DNA of 64,000 nucleotides from Parcubacteria bacterium C7867-008. GTDB taxonomy: Bacteria > Patescibacteriota > Minisyncoccia > Phycocordibacterales > Phycocordibacteraceae. The notes below the pieces were generated by a model, which saw nothing but the letters and a program-made list of their open reading frames with translations, searched no databases and was not told the DNA's origin. A program made the position numbers and the translations under genes. Where the stretch lies: positions 840 to 64,839 of the forward strand of contig LFCR01000006.1 in assembly GCA_001189215.1 (NCBI GenBank). Reading direction: 5' to 3'. Positions 40,218 through 50,047 of this stretch are shown piece by piece. Numbering within the stretch: position 1 is the first letter of the stretch; every line of letters begins with the position of its first letter.

Positions 40218-43055
40218 ATGGCACTTACCAACAACCTTAAACCGCAAGTAGATCTCCCCGTCTGGGAGTGGTGTCGCTTTGCGCCTACGGCATCAGTGGC
40301 CTTGTCTGCATTCGCTACGGCTGATGATGGTAGTGCTCGACATATCTACTACATCTCTGCTTCAACCTTCTATCGCTATGATACGTATGCAGATTCTTGG
40401 CAGCAGCTTGCAACCCCTAACGTAGCACCGCTCACCACTCTCGCACTCAGGTACACCGGATATCGCGGGTACCATGGTCGAATTCTCAGTGCCGGCGCAA
40501 CAAGTGTTCAGATAGGTGGTCTTCGCGGGAACACCCTCAACGGAAAAACAATCAGAATACTCAGTGGCTCTGGTATCGGACAAGACCGTGTCCTTACTTC
40601 CACGGGTGAGACGGTACACGACATGGGGGTTATCACAGGAACTACCACACTCACCCTTGCTGACTCCACTAAGAAATGGAAATTCAATCAATGGTCTGGA
40701 TATACCGTTGGTATTACGTTCGGAACAGATGCCACACAGTATAAGAAGATCCTGTATAACGACACCACGACGCTCTATATAGGTGATGCAAACCTACAGC
40801 CTCATGATCCATGGAATAATCAGGCATTTGCTGCTGTGGCACCATATGCGGTACCAGTTACCACCGCCGGTTCGCAAGCGCACTATCAGATTCTTTCTAT
40901 GAGTTACTCGGTTGCTGCGTGGGACACTACACCTGATTATCGTTCGAACTACACAACGGCAACAGGTGGACTGTATCTCATTTCTTCTTCAGCATCAGCA
41001 CCTTTCTTTACTCTGCAGTACTACGACATCATTCATGATTCCTGGCAGACCAAGACGTGTAACCAAGGACTACTTGCAGCGGCATTGGGTACAGACTGTA
41101 CCTTTGAACGTTTGGCAAAAACGGGAACAGCCTTTCTAAGCTCGACCGCTACGGCGGGTGCCGCACGTACTCTTACTGATACGGTGCAGACTATGACAGT
41201 CGATAGATACTCGAATTATCGACTTCTCATTACAGGAGGTACAGGCGTGGGACAAAGTAGGAGAATAATTTGTAATACAGCAACTGTCTTCACACTAAAC
41301 AAAGCCTGGGATACCAACCCAGACAACACTTCAACCTATGAAATATGGGGTGATTATGACAAAGCATTCCTCGCTGGAGGTGCAGCGGGTGCCATGTATC
41401 AATATTCCCCAAGCAACGATTTCTGGATGCAGGGTAGCAGTTTTGATGATGGTGTGGTTGCAAACATAGCCGTTAAGATGAATGGTTGGGAGGCATTAGG
41501 TGTAACAACTGGCGCCAGAATTGCAGCCGGTGTTACCGCCGTTAACGCAACACCAACAGCAGGCGGTACGGGTTATCTAGTAGGGGACATCCTGACTTGT
41601 TCTGTCGGTGGTACTGGTGCACGTGTGATTGTTACCGCAATTGCACCCACGGGTATTGTTTCGACAATAGAACTTGTGGCATCGGGTACGGTGACGGGCT
41701 TTACAACGGGTACTGGAAAGGCGACCACGGGTGGTACTGGATCAGGTTGTACGATTGAAATAACATCGATTGGTGCAACCTGTCTTATTACAACCGCATC
41801 AGCAAGCTGGTTTAAGACAGGAGATTCAGTAACATTCTCAGGATGTTCTGATGGTGCATACAATGCGGCACACACTATCCTTGGTGCAGGCTCAACCACC
41901 ACATTTGATGTTGCAACCTCTGCAGCAGGTTCTATGGCCGCATCTAACTCACAATCAACAACGGTTATTGTGGACCCAACGAAGAGCTGGACGGTAAACG
42001 AACATGTGGGTAAGCTTGTGCATCTCTCGGTTGCGGGTACTGCTCCTACCGCTCAGATTCGTTGGATAACGGCTAACACTGCAACCACCCTCACGGTGGC
42101 AACCATCGTTGCTGGTGTAAACGGAACATCGAAGTACGCTATCTATGACTCAAAGGTCTTTGGAACAGATAACCAGTTCAAGCCTGCTAACCAGCAGAAC
42201 TGGGGTCATGCATCTGGTGGTTCAACTACAACACTCGCAGACTCCTCGAAGAGTTGGGTTGTTAACTCTTGGGCAGGGTATAAGTTACGTATTGAGTCTG
42301 GAACTGGTTTTGCATCAGGAATAATCTCAATAACCTCCAATACTGCAACGACACTTACGTATACAACACAGTCATTCACACCAGATGCAACTACTCATTA
42401 CGAGATTGCGGATAGCTGGGGTCTAATGACAGCAGCATCAACAACAACGGTAACTGAGACAGCAACTAAAAACTGGACGGTGAACATGTGGGCAGGTAAG
42501 AGGATCCGTATTAGTGGGGGAACTTCTCCTGGACAAGAGGTCTCTATTACTTCAAATACTGCCACTGTCCTAACAACGGCAACATTAACGCTTCCTGATA
42601 CCACCTCAACGTATGCCATCTTGGGTATACCGGCCCGTGGTGCGGGTACACAGCTCTTATGGATCTGGGGGAATACCGATGCCACAACAAAAGGAAAGTA
42701 TGTTCTTTTGCCAAGAGGTGGCGCATCAAACAGCGCGGATCTTTACGATGTTACGACAGCACGTTGGTTATACGGTTACTTCTTCTCACCTCAAGCTGAA
42801 ACATTCACGACCGGTTCTATGTATGCGTATGACGGTGTGAATACTATATATATGCAGAAGGATGCAACAGGTAGGGTGATGGCGTATGACTTCTCAACAA
42901 ATGCAATCACAACACTAGGCACCATACCGTATGGTCACTCAACGGCGATAATAGGGAACCGCATGGAGATTATAGAAACAACAGACGGTCTGAAGTATTT
43001 GTACATGATGCGACACACAGGATCTGAAGTCTGGCGTATGTTGATATTCTTTTAA
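40218..43055 (+). CDS. large Thr/Gly-rich beta protein (propeller-like plus repeated inserts), phage tail/baseplate-like; no signal peptide
   Basis: Kelch-like blades (FYRYDTYADSW, YYDIIHDSW, LYDVTTARW) and repeated W.VN.WAG..I.I..GT...I.SNTAT.LT modules. Confidence 0.75.
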   Translation: MALTNNLKPQVDLPVWEWCRFAPTASVALSAFATADDGSARHIYYISASTFYRYDTYADSWQQLATPNVAPLTTLALRYTGYRGYHGRILSAGATSVQIGGLRGNTLNGKTIRILSGSGIGQDRVLTSTGETVHDMGVITGTTTLTLADSTKKWKFNQWSGYTVGITFGTDATQYKKILYNDTTTLYIGDANLQPHDPWNNQAFAAVAPYAVPVTTAGSQAHYQILSMSYSVAAWDTTPDYRSNYTTATGGLYLISSSASAPFFTLQYYDIIHDSWQTKTCNQGLLAAALGTDCTFERLAKTGTAFLSSTATAGAARTLTDTVQTMTVDRYSNYRLLITGGTGVGQSRRIICNTATVFTLNKAWDTNPDNTSTYEIWGDYDKAFLAGGAAGAMYQYSPSNDFWMQGSSFDDGVVANIAVKMNGWEALGVTTGARIAAGVTAVNATPTAGGTGYLVGDILTCSVGGTGARVIVTAIAPTGIVSTIELVASGTVTGFTTGTGKATTGGTGSGCTIEITSIGATCLITTASASWFKTGDSVTFSGCSDGAYNAAHTILGAGSTTTFDVATSAAGSMAASNSQSTTVIVDPTKSWTVNEHVGKLVHLSVAGTAPTAQIRWITANTATTLTVATIVAGVNGTSKYAIYDSKVFGTDNQFKPANQQNWGHASGGSTTTLADSSKSWVVNSWAGYKLRIESGTGFASGIISITSNTATTLTYTTQSFTPDATTHYEIADSWGLMTAASTTTVTETATKNWTVNMWAGKRIRISGGTSPGQEVSITSNTATVLTTATLTLPDTTSTYAILGIPARGAGTQLLWIWGNTDATTKGKYVLLPRGGASNSADLYDVTTARWLYGYFFSPQAETFTTGSMYAYDGVNTIYMQKDATGRVMAYDFSTNAITTLGTIPYGHSTAIIGNRMEIIETTDGLKYLYMMRHTGSEVWRMLIFF

Positions 43056-43057
43056 TT

Positions 43058-43927
43058 ATGAATATTGACTACCTTACACAGCTCCTCACGAACCGACTTG
43101 CAGCGCTCGCACTCGCAAAGGACCAGGCATTTCAGTCTGGAGACCTTGAGCGTATCAATACGGTTGATATTGAGATTGCTGATGTAACCAATACCCTTGG
43201 ACAGCTTCGTCTTCTGTCAAATATAAATATTGCTGCAGCAGCAACGAACACGACCGCAGCTCAGATTGTTTCAACAGGACTTGATGCTGTGCAAAATGTT
43301 GTTCAGGGGCCATCGGCAGGAGCAATCATAAATGGATACGACATTTCTGCGTATGCAACGGACCCCCTCTATGAACAGAAAGTGCAGAACATACTTGATG
43401 CCATGCCACTCTTTGTGACGGCTGATGATATTGACCAGTACATTCAGACCACAGCAGCAGGGAGTTCTGTAACTGGAGCCATGATACTCACGTCAGCTGC
43501 ACAGTACGCAATTGATTCGAGACTCATGATCGCAATCATGCAGAATGATTCACAGTTCGGTACCCAGGGAGTAGGGGCACGAACCAATAATCCAGGAAAC
43601 GTTGGCAATACAGGTACGGCGGAACAAATGTTCCCTTCTTGGGAAGAGGGTGTTGGTGCGGTAGCCAGCTGGCTAAGTAGACACCGAGCAGTAGTTATCG
43701 CCGAAGCGCCAATAGTCGTTGAACCTGTTGTCGAACCTGTTGTCGAACCAGCACCTGCTCCAAAGAAAGTTCGAAAACCAAAGGTAGTACCTGAACCAGT
43801 GGAAGAAATTGTAGTTGACGTACCACCTCCTGTTGAAGAAATACCCCTTCCTGTAGAAGTACCTCTTCCAACGGCGACCACAACCCCCACAGGAACTGAT
43901 GATATTACCACCACTACGCCTGCATAG
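43058..43927 (+). CDS. helical N-domain plus lysozyme/glucosaminidase-like domain plus Pro-rich tail
   Basis: YAIDSRLMIAIMQNDSQFGT...NNPGNVG...FPSWEEGV and a VEP/PP-rich C-terminus. Confidence 0.7.
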   Translation: MNIDYLTQLLTNRLAALALAKDQAFQSGDLERINTVDIEIADVTNTLGQLRLLSNINIAAAATNTTAAQIVSTGLDAVQNVVQGPSAGAIINGYDISAYATDPLYEQKVQNILDAMPLFVTADDIDQYIQTTAAGSSVTGAMILTSAAQYAIDSRLMIAIMQNDSQFGTQGVGARTNNPGNVGNTGTAEQMFPSWEEGVGAVASWLSRHRAVVIAEAPIVVEPVVEPVVEPAPAPKKVRKPKVVPEPVEEIVVDVPPPVEEIPLPVEVPLPTATTTPTGTDDITTTTPA

Positions 43928-43949
43928 CCTCTCGTGAGATACTTGGGCC

Positions 43950-44681
43950 ATGGAGGAGATTGATGTATATGTTGCAGAATACGGCGACTACCTAGAAGAA
44001 ATACGTAAGCGACTCTATCGTGTCGTGATAGTGTTTATTGTTTCATTCCTGATTGGCCTTTTCTCCACAAACCTGTTCGTCCACTTCTTCTTAACCTTCC
44101 TTAAGGTTAAGGACGTAATTATAGTTGCCACGTCACCGTTCCAGCTTTTGGATCTTGCCATGACCACAGGATTCTTCCTGGCAACACTTATTACGATACC
44201 GTTTGCTATACAGCAGACTTATACATTCTTGAGTGGGGGGCTGTTGCCACAAGAGCGGAAGATATTCTTCACGCTCATTCCGCTCACGGTCGTCTTGTTC
44301 TGTATTGGATTTACCTACGGATTCACCGTCATGTACTACGCGGTGCAGGTTATTGCCCAAGTGAACATTGGATTTGGTATAGCCAACCTGTGGAATGTTA
44401 CCCAGTTTATCTCGCAAATACTCCTCACCTCAGCTCTACTAGGTCTGATATTTGAATTTCCAATCATATTAACGCTTCTTATACGGCTAGGGGTCTTTCC
44501 GGTGTCATTTCTACGAGCAAAAAGAAGGGTGGCTATTGCCATAATTGTCATTTTTGTTGCTTTACTTCCCCCAACTGATGGACTATCCTTTATGGTAATG
44601 TCCTTGCCGTTGGTGGGCATCTATGAGCTGACGATATTCCTCAACTCATTCTACAAACGGAAAGTACCCTTAGAAAAATAA
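43950..44681 (+). CDS. tatC: twin-arginine translocase subunit TatC
   Basis: YLEEIRKRL, TSPF, GLLPQERK, GLIFEFP, ALLPPTD, IYELTI and six TM helices. Confidence 0.9.
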   Translation: MEEIDVYVAEYGDYLEEIRKRLYRVVIVFIVSFLIGLFSTNLFVHFFLTFLKVKDVIIVATSPFQLLDLAMTTGFFLATLITIPFAIQQTYTFLSGGLLPQERKIFFTLIPLTVVLFCIGFTYGFTVMYYAVQVIAQVNIGFGIANLWNVTQFISQILLTSALLGLIFEFPIILTLLIRLGVFPVSFLRAKRRVAIAIIVIFVALLPPTDGLSFMVMSLPLVGIYELTIFLNSFYKRKVPLEK

Positions 44682-44692
44682 CTCTCGCATCT

Positions 44693-44860
44693 ATGTTTGG
44701 ACTCGGATCAAATGAACTGATAATAATTGCAGTCATACTCGTGCTCCTCTTCGGTGCAACTCGCATCCCAGCACTCACCAAAGGTATTGCTGAAGCGATT
44801 CGCGAACTTCGCGGAGCGTTCAAGGACGAAGAGTTTACAGACGGCAAGAAGAAATCCTAA
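44693..44860 (+). CDS. tatA: twin-arginine translocase subunit TatA (missed by the ORF track)
   Basis: Hand translation MFGLGSNELIIIAVILVLLFGATRIPALTKGIAEAIRELRGAFKDEEFTDGKKKS: TM, FG hinge, amphipathic helix. Confidence 0.92.
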   Translation: MFGLGSNELIIIAVILVLLFGATRIPALTKGIAEAIRELRGAFKDEEFTDGKKKS

Positions 44861-44880
44861 TCTCGCAACGAGACGGATAC

Positions 44881-44924
44881 GGCCTCTAAATCAGTCAGAA
44901 ATGACGGGTATAGGGGCCTTCTTC
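44881..44924 (+). terminator. possible terminator or structured RNA after tatA
   Basis: GGCCTCTA...GTCA-GAAA-TGAC...TAGGGGCC followed by TTCTTC. Confidence 0.35.
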
Positions 44925-44999
44925 ATGCATTCCTAATGGTAGAATTACAAGAACAGTGACTTTTCCGTAGGGATGAGTATCTGGGGCATAGCGTGTGAT

Positions 45000-47900
45000 A
45001 TGAATCTACATTTTCCCTACAAAGCCTCCAATCACATTCCTGCCTGGCGGGCTTTTCTACTGATACTTACATTTCTCTCACTACCGCTCATAACCTTTGC
45101 TGCATATCAAGAATTTCTCCCGGGCGCTCAAGTGCAAATAGGGGAGTTTGTATACGATGACGACTTCCAAGCAACCACAACGGCAAATTGTACTGTAACG
45201 GTATACGACCCAACAGGAGCGGTTGCGGTAAATGCAGCATCTATGACGGCAACAGCGAACAGCTGGTATTCATACTCATTCACCCCTGATTCTATTGAGG
45301 GTACCTGGCCTGCAATTATGTCTTGCGGGTCTCAACTAAGCGGAGATCTTATAAAAGGCGATAAAACATTTATTGTTACTTCAAACATTGTTTCCTCTAC
45401 ATCAGTAGCAGCACTCGTTAATGCAAACACAGCAACGGTGGTAGCTTCAGCAAGTTCCTCTCTCGCTGCCACATTACCGGTTTCGATATGGGGGTACTCA
45501 GCGCGAACGCTGACATCTTTTGGCACACTCGTGAACGACATCTGGTCTAACGGCACACGATCCCTCACATCAGGGGTCGCAATAGCTAATGATATTTGGG
45601 CTGCAACAACACGCACCCTTACTGGTGCAGGTCTCGACTCAGGTTCACTCGCAGTCCAGTCTGATGTAACAACCGCCTCATCGTCACTAGGCGCTGCAAT
45701 AACAAACTCTCAGACAGCAATTAATGCCAACACCAATGCGACGGTACTCACTGCCACTACGTCTCTTGCAGCGATCATAAATGCTAATACCAATACGATT
45801 GTGGGCACTGCATCAAGTTCAATCGGAAGTTCGCTTGCATCTATTGCGTCATCAATCGTTTCGATCCCAACCAATGTCTGGGCAGCAGCAACACGTACCC
45901 TCACGTCAGGCACGAGTATTGCGGCAGACATTTGGGCTTCAACAACAAGAACCCTCACGGGAGCGGGACTTGATACTGGATCACTTGCGGTACAGTCTGA
46001 CGTAAGTACCGCATCATCATCTCTTGGCGCGGCCATCACAAATAGTCAAGGTGCTATTAATACAAATACAAATACGATAGTAGGTAATGCATCAACCTCA
46101 CTCGGAATTTCACTTACTTCGATCGCGTCATCAATTACTTCCATTCCTGCTAACGTCTGGGCAGCGGGCACACGCACACTCACTGGCTTCGGTACGTTGG
46201 CAGCGGATGTCTGGACGAATGGTACTCGCACCCTTACTGGTGCAGGTCTCGACTCAGGTTCACTCGCTACACTGGGTGATCTAAATACAGCATCCTCATC
46301 GATAACCGCTTCTGTAAACGCAAACACTAATAGCGCTATCCTTACTGCAACATCTTCAATAGCGTCAGTAGTAAATGCAAACACTAATACGATAGTAGGG
46401 AATGCCTCATCATCCCTTGGTACCTCTATTGCAAGCGTGGCATCTTCAATTGCCTCTATCCCAACCAATGTCTGGGCAGCAGCAACCCGTACTCTAACTT
46501 CAGGCACGAGTATTGCAGCAGATATCTGGGCTTCAACAACAAGAACCCTCACGGGAGCAGGCCTAAGTTCAGGCTCACTCGCCGTACAATCTGACGTAAC
46601 CACTGCGTCATCATCTCTCGGTGCTGCGATCACAAACTCTCAGACAGTAATAAACAGCAACACCAACAGTGCCGTACTTGGTGCGTCAACATCACTTGCA
46701 GCAGTGGTTAACGCTAACACCAACACTATTGTTGGGAATGCTTCAACCTCACTCGGCACGACACTTACTTCAATTGCTTCTTCCATCACATCAATACCAA
46801 CCAATGTCTGGGCAGCTGGCACACGTACCCTCACCGGATTTGGCACACTTGCAGCGGATGTATGGACATCAGGAACACGCACTCTCACGGGAGCAGGCCT
46901 AAGTTCAGGCTCACTCGCCGTACAATCTGACGTAACCACCGCTTCGTCATCACTAGGTGCTGCGATCACAAACTCTCAGACAGCAATTAACGCAAACACT
47001 AATGCGACTGCACTCACCGCGAGTACGTCACTTGCAGCTGTTGTAAATGCAAATACGAATACAGTAGTGGGTAACGCATCTACTTCACTTGGCGCATCGC
47101 TTACTTCAATAACATCTTCTATCGCAGCACTACCTGCATCAGTCTGGAACGTTGCTACCAGCACTCTCAATACCGCCGGCTCAATCGGCAAGCAGCTTGC
47201 ACTCAATGTTGACGCTGCAATTTCTAGTGTCACGGGAGGGGTTGGTTCACTTTCAGCTGCCGATGTCTGGGGCTATTCAACACGTACTCTCACCGGAGCT
47301 GGTCTCTCATCAGGATCTCTCGCCGTACAGTCTGACGTAACCACCGCTTCGTCATCACTAGGTGCTGCGATCACAAACTCTCAGACTGCCGTAAATGCAA
47401 ACACAAATAGCGCAGTCCTAACTGCATCAAGCTCGGTAGCTGCAGTTGTTAACGCAAATACCAACACTATTGTTGGTAACGCATCTACATCACTCGGCAC
47501 CTCAATTGCTAGTGTTGCCTCATCAATTGCTTCAATACCTACTAACGTCTGGGCAGCAGGTACGCGCACACTCACTGGCTTCGGAACACTAGCTGCTGAT
47601 GTTTGGGTCAGTGGTACTCGCACACTCACCGGCGCTGGTCTAAGTTCAGGCTCACTCGCAGTCCAGTCTGATGTAACAACTGCATCATCATCTATTGGCT
47701 CAGCCATCACAAACTCTCAGACTGCAATTAATGCGAATACGAACTCTGCCGTACTAACTTCAAGTACATCACTCGCTGCAGTCATTAATGCGAACACTAA
47801 TACTCAGGTACTGAACGCTTCCACGTCTCTTGGAACGACCCTTACTTCAATTGCCTCGTCCATTACGTCTATCCCAACAAACGTATGGGCTGCAGCAACC

Positions 47901-49187
47901 CGTACTCTAACTTCAGGAACAAGTATCGCAGCAGATATCTGGGCCTCTACAACCAGAACCCTTACAGGCGCTGGTCTCTCATCAGGCTCACTCGCCGTAC
48001 AGTCTGACGTAACCACCGCGTCCTCATCTATTGGAGCAGCAATAACAAATAGCCAAACAGCTATCAATGCGAATACCAACTCGCAAGTATCAGCAGGAAC
48101 AGCAAGTGTTAACTCAAACACCAATACCAGTATTAGTACGGCATCATCTTCACTAGGTGCATCTATAGCACTTGTACCAGCTAGCGTGTGGGCATACTCA
48201 ACTCGCACACTGAGTAGCTTCGGTGCGCTAGCAACAGATGTTTGGAGTGCCACTACACGAACTCTCACCTCGCTCACACTTTCTTCTCAGAGTCCGTGGA
48301 CCGTGAACATGTCTGACTTCGGAGCAATATCAGCAGGAGACACGTATCGGGCAACGGTAACAACAATCTATAACGGTACACTTACCGATTCAGCGAGCCT
48401 ACCACTTATCACGGTCTATGACCCAACCCGTAACGTTGTGGTCTCTGCGGCAGCAATGACGCGCACAGGAGTAGGAACCTACGAGTACTCGTATGTAACA
48501 AGCCCAACTGCAGAGGGCGGTGTATGGGAAAGTATTATTTCTGCGACGGTTGAAACCGGAAAGACTCTGCCAGGAAATGACTACTGGAATGTCACTACAG
48601 CTCCTGCACAGGTGGTCATCACAAGTATTGGTTCAACGCAGGTACCTAATATAAGTGCAAATGTACGTATCACGAACGAAGGTGACATACCGTACGAATA
48701 CTCGTATGAGTGGTGTGTTGTATCAGACCCAAGTAATGCTTGTGGCGGGGGAGACGATACCTACTATGGTTCTGCAGCGAAGCTCATCTCACCGGGAGTA
48801 GACTTTGATACAACCCTCACTGCAACCGTGCCAGTACCAGGTGTCTACTACTTCAAACTCGCCGTGTATTACGGAACGGAGATATCGCGTGCATCACGTC
48901 TGTTCACTGCTACTGCTGCAACAACAGGCGGAGGGGGTAGTGGTGGCGGAAGTGGGGGAGGTAGTGGTGGAAGCGGAGGAACACGACCCTCTACTCCCGG
49001 CTCTTGTTCAGATAGTCGTATTGCAGACATTAACTGTGATGGACGAGTTAATGGTATAGACTTCTCAATCCTTCTTGCGTTCTGGAAGACCAACCCACCA
49101 TTCGCTAATCCACGCGTCGACCTTAATGCAGATGGTCACGTTGATTCGGTGGACTTCTCAATTCTTCTCTACAACTGGGCTCGCTAA
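45000..49187 (+). CDS. giant secreted Ser/Thr/Ala repeat fibre protein with a C-terminal dockerin
   Basis: Sec-type signal (RAFLLILTFLSLPLITFA), two related TVYDPT...Y.YS domains flanking the repeats, a Gly linker and duplicated DINCDGRVNGIDFSILL / DLNADGHVDSVDFSILL. Confidence 0.88.
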   Translation: MNLHFPYKASNHIPAWRAFLLILTFLSLPLITFAAYQEFLPGAQVQIGEFVYDDDFQATTTANCTVTVYDPTGAVAVNAASMTATANSWYSYSFTPDSIEGTWPAIMSCGSQLSGDLIKGDKTFIVTSNIVSSTSVAALVNANTATVVASASSSLAATLPVSIWGYSARTLTSFGTLVNDIWSNGTRSLTSGVAIANDIWAATTRTLTGAGLDSGSLAVQSDVTTASSSLGAAITNSQTAINANTNATVLTATTSLAAIINANTNTIVGTASSSIGSSLASIASSIVSIPTNVWAAATRTLTSGTSIAADIWASTTRTLTGAGLDTGSLAVQSDVSTASSSLGAAITNSQGAINTNTNTIVGNASTSLGISLTSIASSITSIPANVWAAGTRTLTGFGTLAADVWTNGTRTLTGAGLDSGSLATLGDLNTASSSITASVNANTNSAILTATSSIASVVNANTNTIVGNASSSLGTSIASVASSIASIPTNVWAAATRTLTSGTSIAADIWASTTRTLTGAGLSSGSLAVQSDVTTASSSLGAAITNSQTVINSNTNSAVLGASTSLAAVVNANTNTIVGNASTSLGTTLTSIASSITSIPTNVWAAGTRTLTGFGTLAADVWTSGTRTLTGAGLSSGSLAVQSDVTTASSSLGAAITNSQTAINANTNATALTASTSLAAVVNANTNTVVGNASTSLGASLTSITSSIAALPASVWNVATSTLNTAGSIGKQLALNVDAAISSVTGGVGSLSAADVWGYSTRTLTGAGLSSGSLAVQSDVTTASSSLGAAITNSQTAVNANTNSAVLTASSSVAAVVNANTNTIVGNASTSLGTSIASVASSIASIPTNVWAAGTRTLTGFGTLAADVWVSGTRTLTGAGLSSGSLAVQSDVTTASSSIGSAITNSQTAINANTNSAVLTSSTSLAAVINANTNTQVLNASTSLGTTLTSIASSITSIPTNVWAAATRTLTSGTSIAADIWASTTRTLTGAGLSSGSLAVQSDVTTASSSIGAAITNSQTAINANTNSQVSAGTASVNSNTNTSISTASSSLGASIALVPASVWAYSTRTLSSFGALATDVWSATTRTLTSLTLSSQSPWTVNMSDFGAISAGDTYRATVTTIYNGTLTDSASLPLITVYDPTRNVVVSAAAMTRTGVGTYEYSYVTSPTAEGGVWESIISATVETGKTLPGNDYWNVTTAPAQVVITSIGSTQVPNISANVRITNEGDIPYEYSYEWCVVSDPSNACGGGDDTYYGSAAKLISPGVDFDTTLTATVPVPGVYYFKLAVYYGTEISRASRLFTATAATTGGGGSGGGSGGGSGGSGGTRPSTPGSCSDSRIADINCDGRVNGIDFSILLAFWKTNPPFANPRVDLNADGHVDSVDFSILLYNWAR
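45480..48270 (+). repeat. intragenic tandem repeats, about eight units, most often 336 bp (112 aa)
   Basis: AVQSDV-type anchors at 45651, 45987, (46266), 46581, 46917, 47322, 47658 and 47994, with recurring (V/I)W...TRTLT. Confidence 0.9.
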
Positions 49188-49198
49188 CGATTACACGT

Positions 49199-50047
49199 AT
49201 GAAACCTTTCTTCCTTTTCGCTCTTATATCACTCACGGTACTTGCACCAACAATGGTGCATGCTGCAGTGTTACAGATGGTTCCATCGCCCGCCACTGAA
49301 GGACAGGAATTCTCAGTACGAGTACAACTTCTTCCGGAAGGAGAGGCGCTTAATGCAGTGGAAGGGAACATACATATACCAGAGGATCTACAAGTGACTC
49401 GAATTAGCACAGGAGGATCAGCGCTCACCTTGTGGCCAGCACAGCCAGCATTCTCACATGCTAGTGGAGAAATATCATTTGCAGGTGGTACTCCAGATGT
49501 GCTCTCTTCAGGCGCTTCCGCACAATTGTTCACTATCTATCTAAAAGGCGACACACAAGGATCCTATAAAATCACCCCTGAAGATATTGCAGTCTTTAGG
49601 GCAGACGGTACCGGTACACGAATAAGCGCATCTGCTCCTGTTGTTTCTATAGCGCTTGGGACAGAAGTAGTTCCTGCTGAGAATTTAACTGATAGGAGTG
49701 CACCATATGACGTTACTGCGGCAATTGGAACGGACCCATCACTATTTGATGGGGCACCATTTGTATATGTATATGGTCGAGACGAAGGTACCGGTATCGC
49801 ATCATATCAAGTAAAAGATGGGTGGTTTGCACGCTATCAAACGGTTGGACAATACTACGTTCTCACCGCTCCTCAGAATACTCAGCCAATATGGGTACGT
49901 GCAGTTGATGGGGTAGGGAATATACGTGCTGTGCATGTACCCCACACCGGAGGAGTCTTGTACTACGGAGTATTTGTTCTTGCAGCACTTCTTATGATCC
50001 TTCTGGTACTCCTAGCAGTACGGTATCGCAAACGATTAATCTCCTGA
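49199..50047 (+). CDS. cohesin-like domain protein with a C-terminal TM anchor
   Basis: Signal peptide, NAVEGNI...LWP..P....GEISFAGGTP...ADGTGT, C-terminal TM and basic tail. Confidence 0.75.
   Translation: MKPFFLFALISLTVLAPTMVHAAVLQMVPSPATEGQEFSVRVQLLPEGEALNAVEGNIHIPEDLQVTRISTGGSALTLWPAQPAFSHASGEISFAGGTPDVLSSGASAQLFTIYLKGDTQGSYKITPEDIAVFRADGTGTRISASAPVVSIALGTEVVPAENLTDRSAPYDVTAAIGTDPSLFDGAPFVYVYGRDEGTGIASYQVKDGWFARYQTVGQYYVLTAPQNTQPIWVRAVDGVGNIRAVHVPHTGGVLYYGVFVLAALLMILLVLLAVRYRKRLIS

Noticed and set aside
39177-43927. Intact prophage
   Set aside because: No integrase, terminase, portal, capsid or replication gene is recognisable, and the genes run directly into tatC-tatA.
44727-44936. 69-aa ORF from the track
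   Set aside because: It is in the wrong frame; the real gene is tatA at 44693-44860.
45332-48277. Series of similar minus-strand ORFs
   Set aside because: They are antisense echoes of the 336-bp repeats in the fibre gene.
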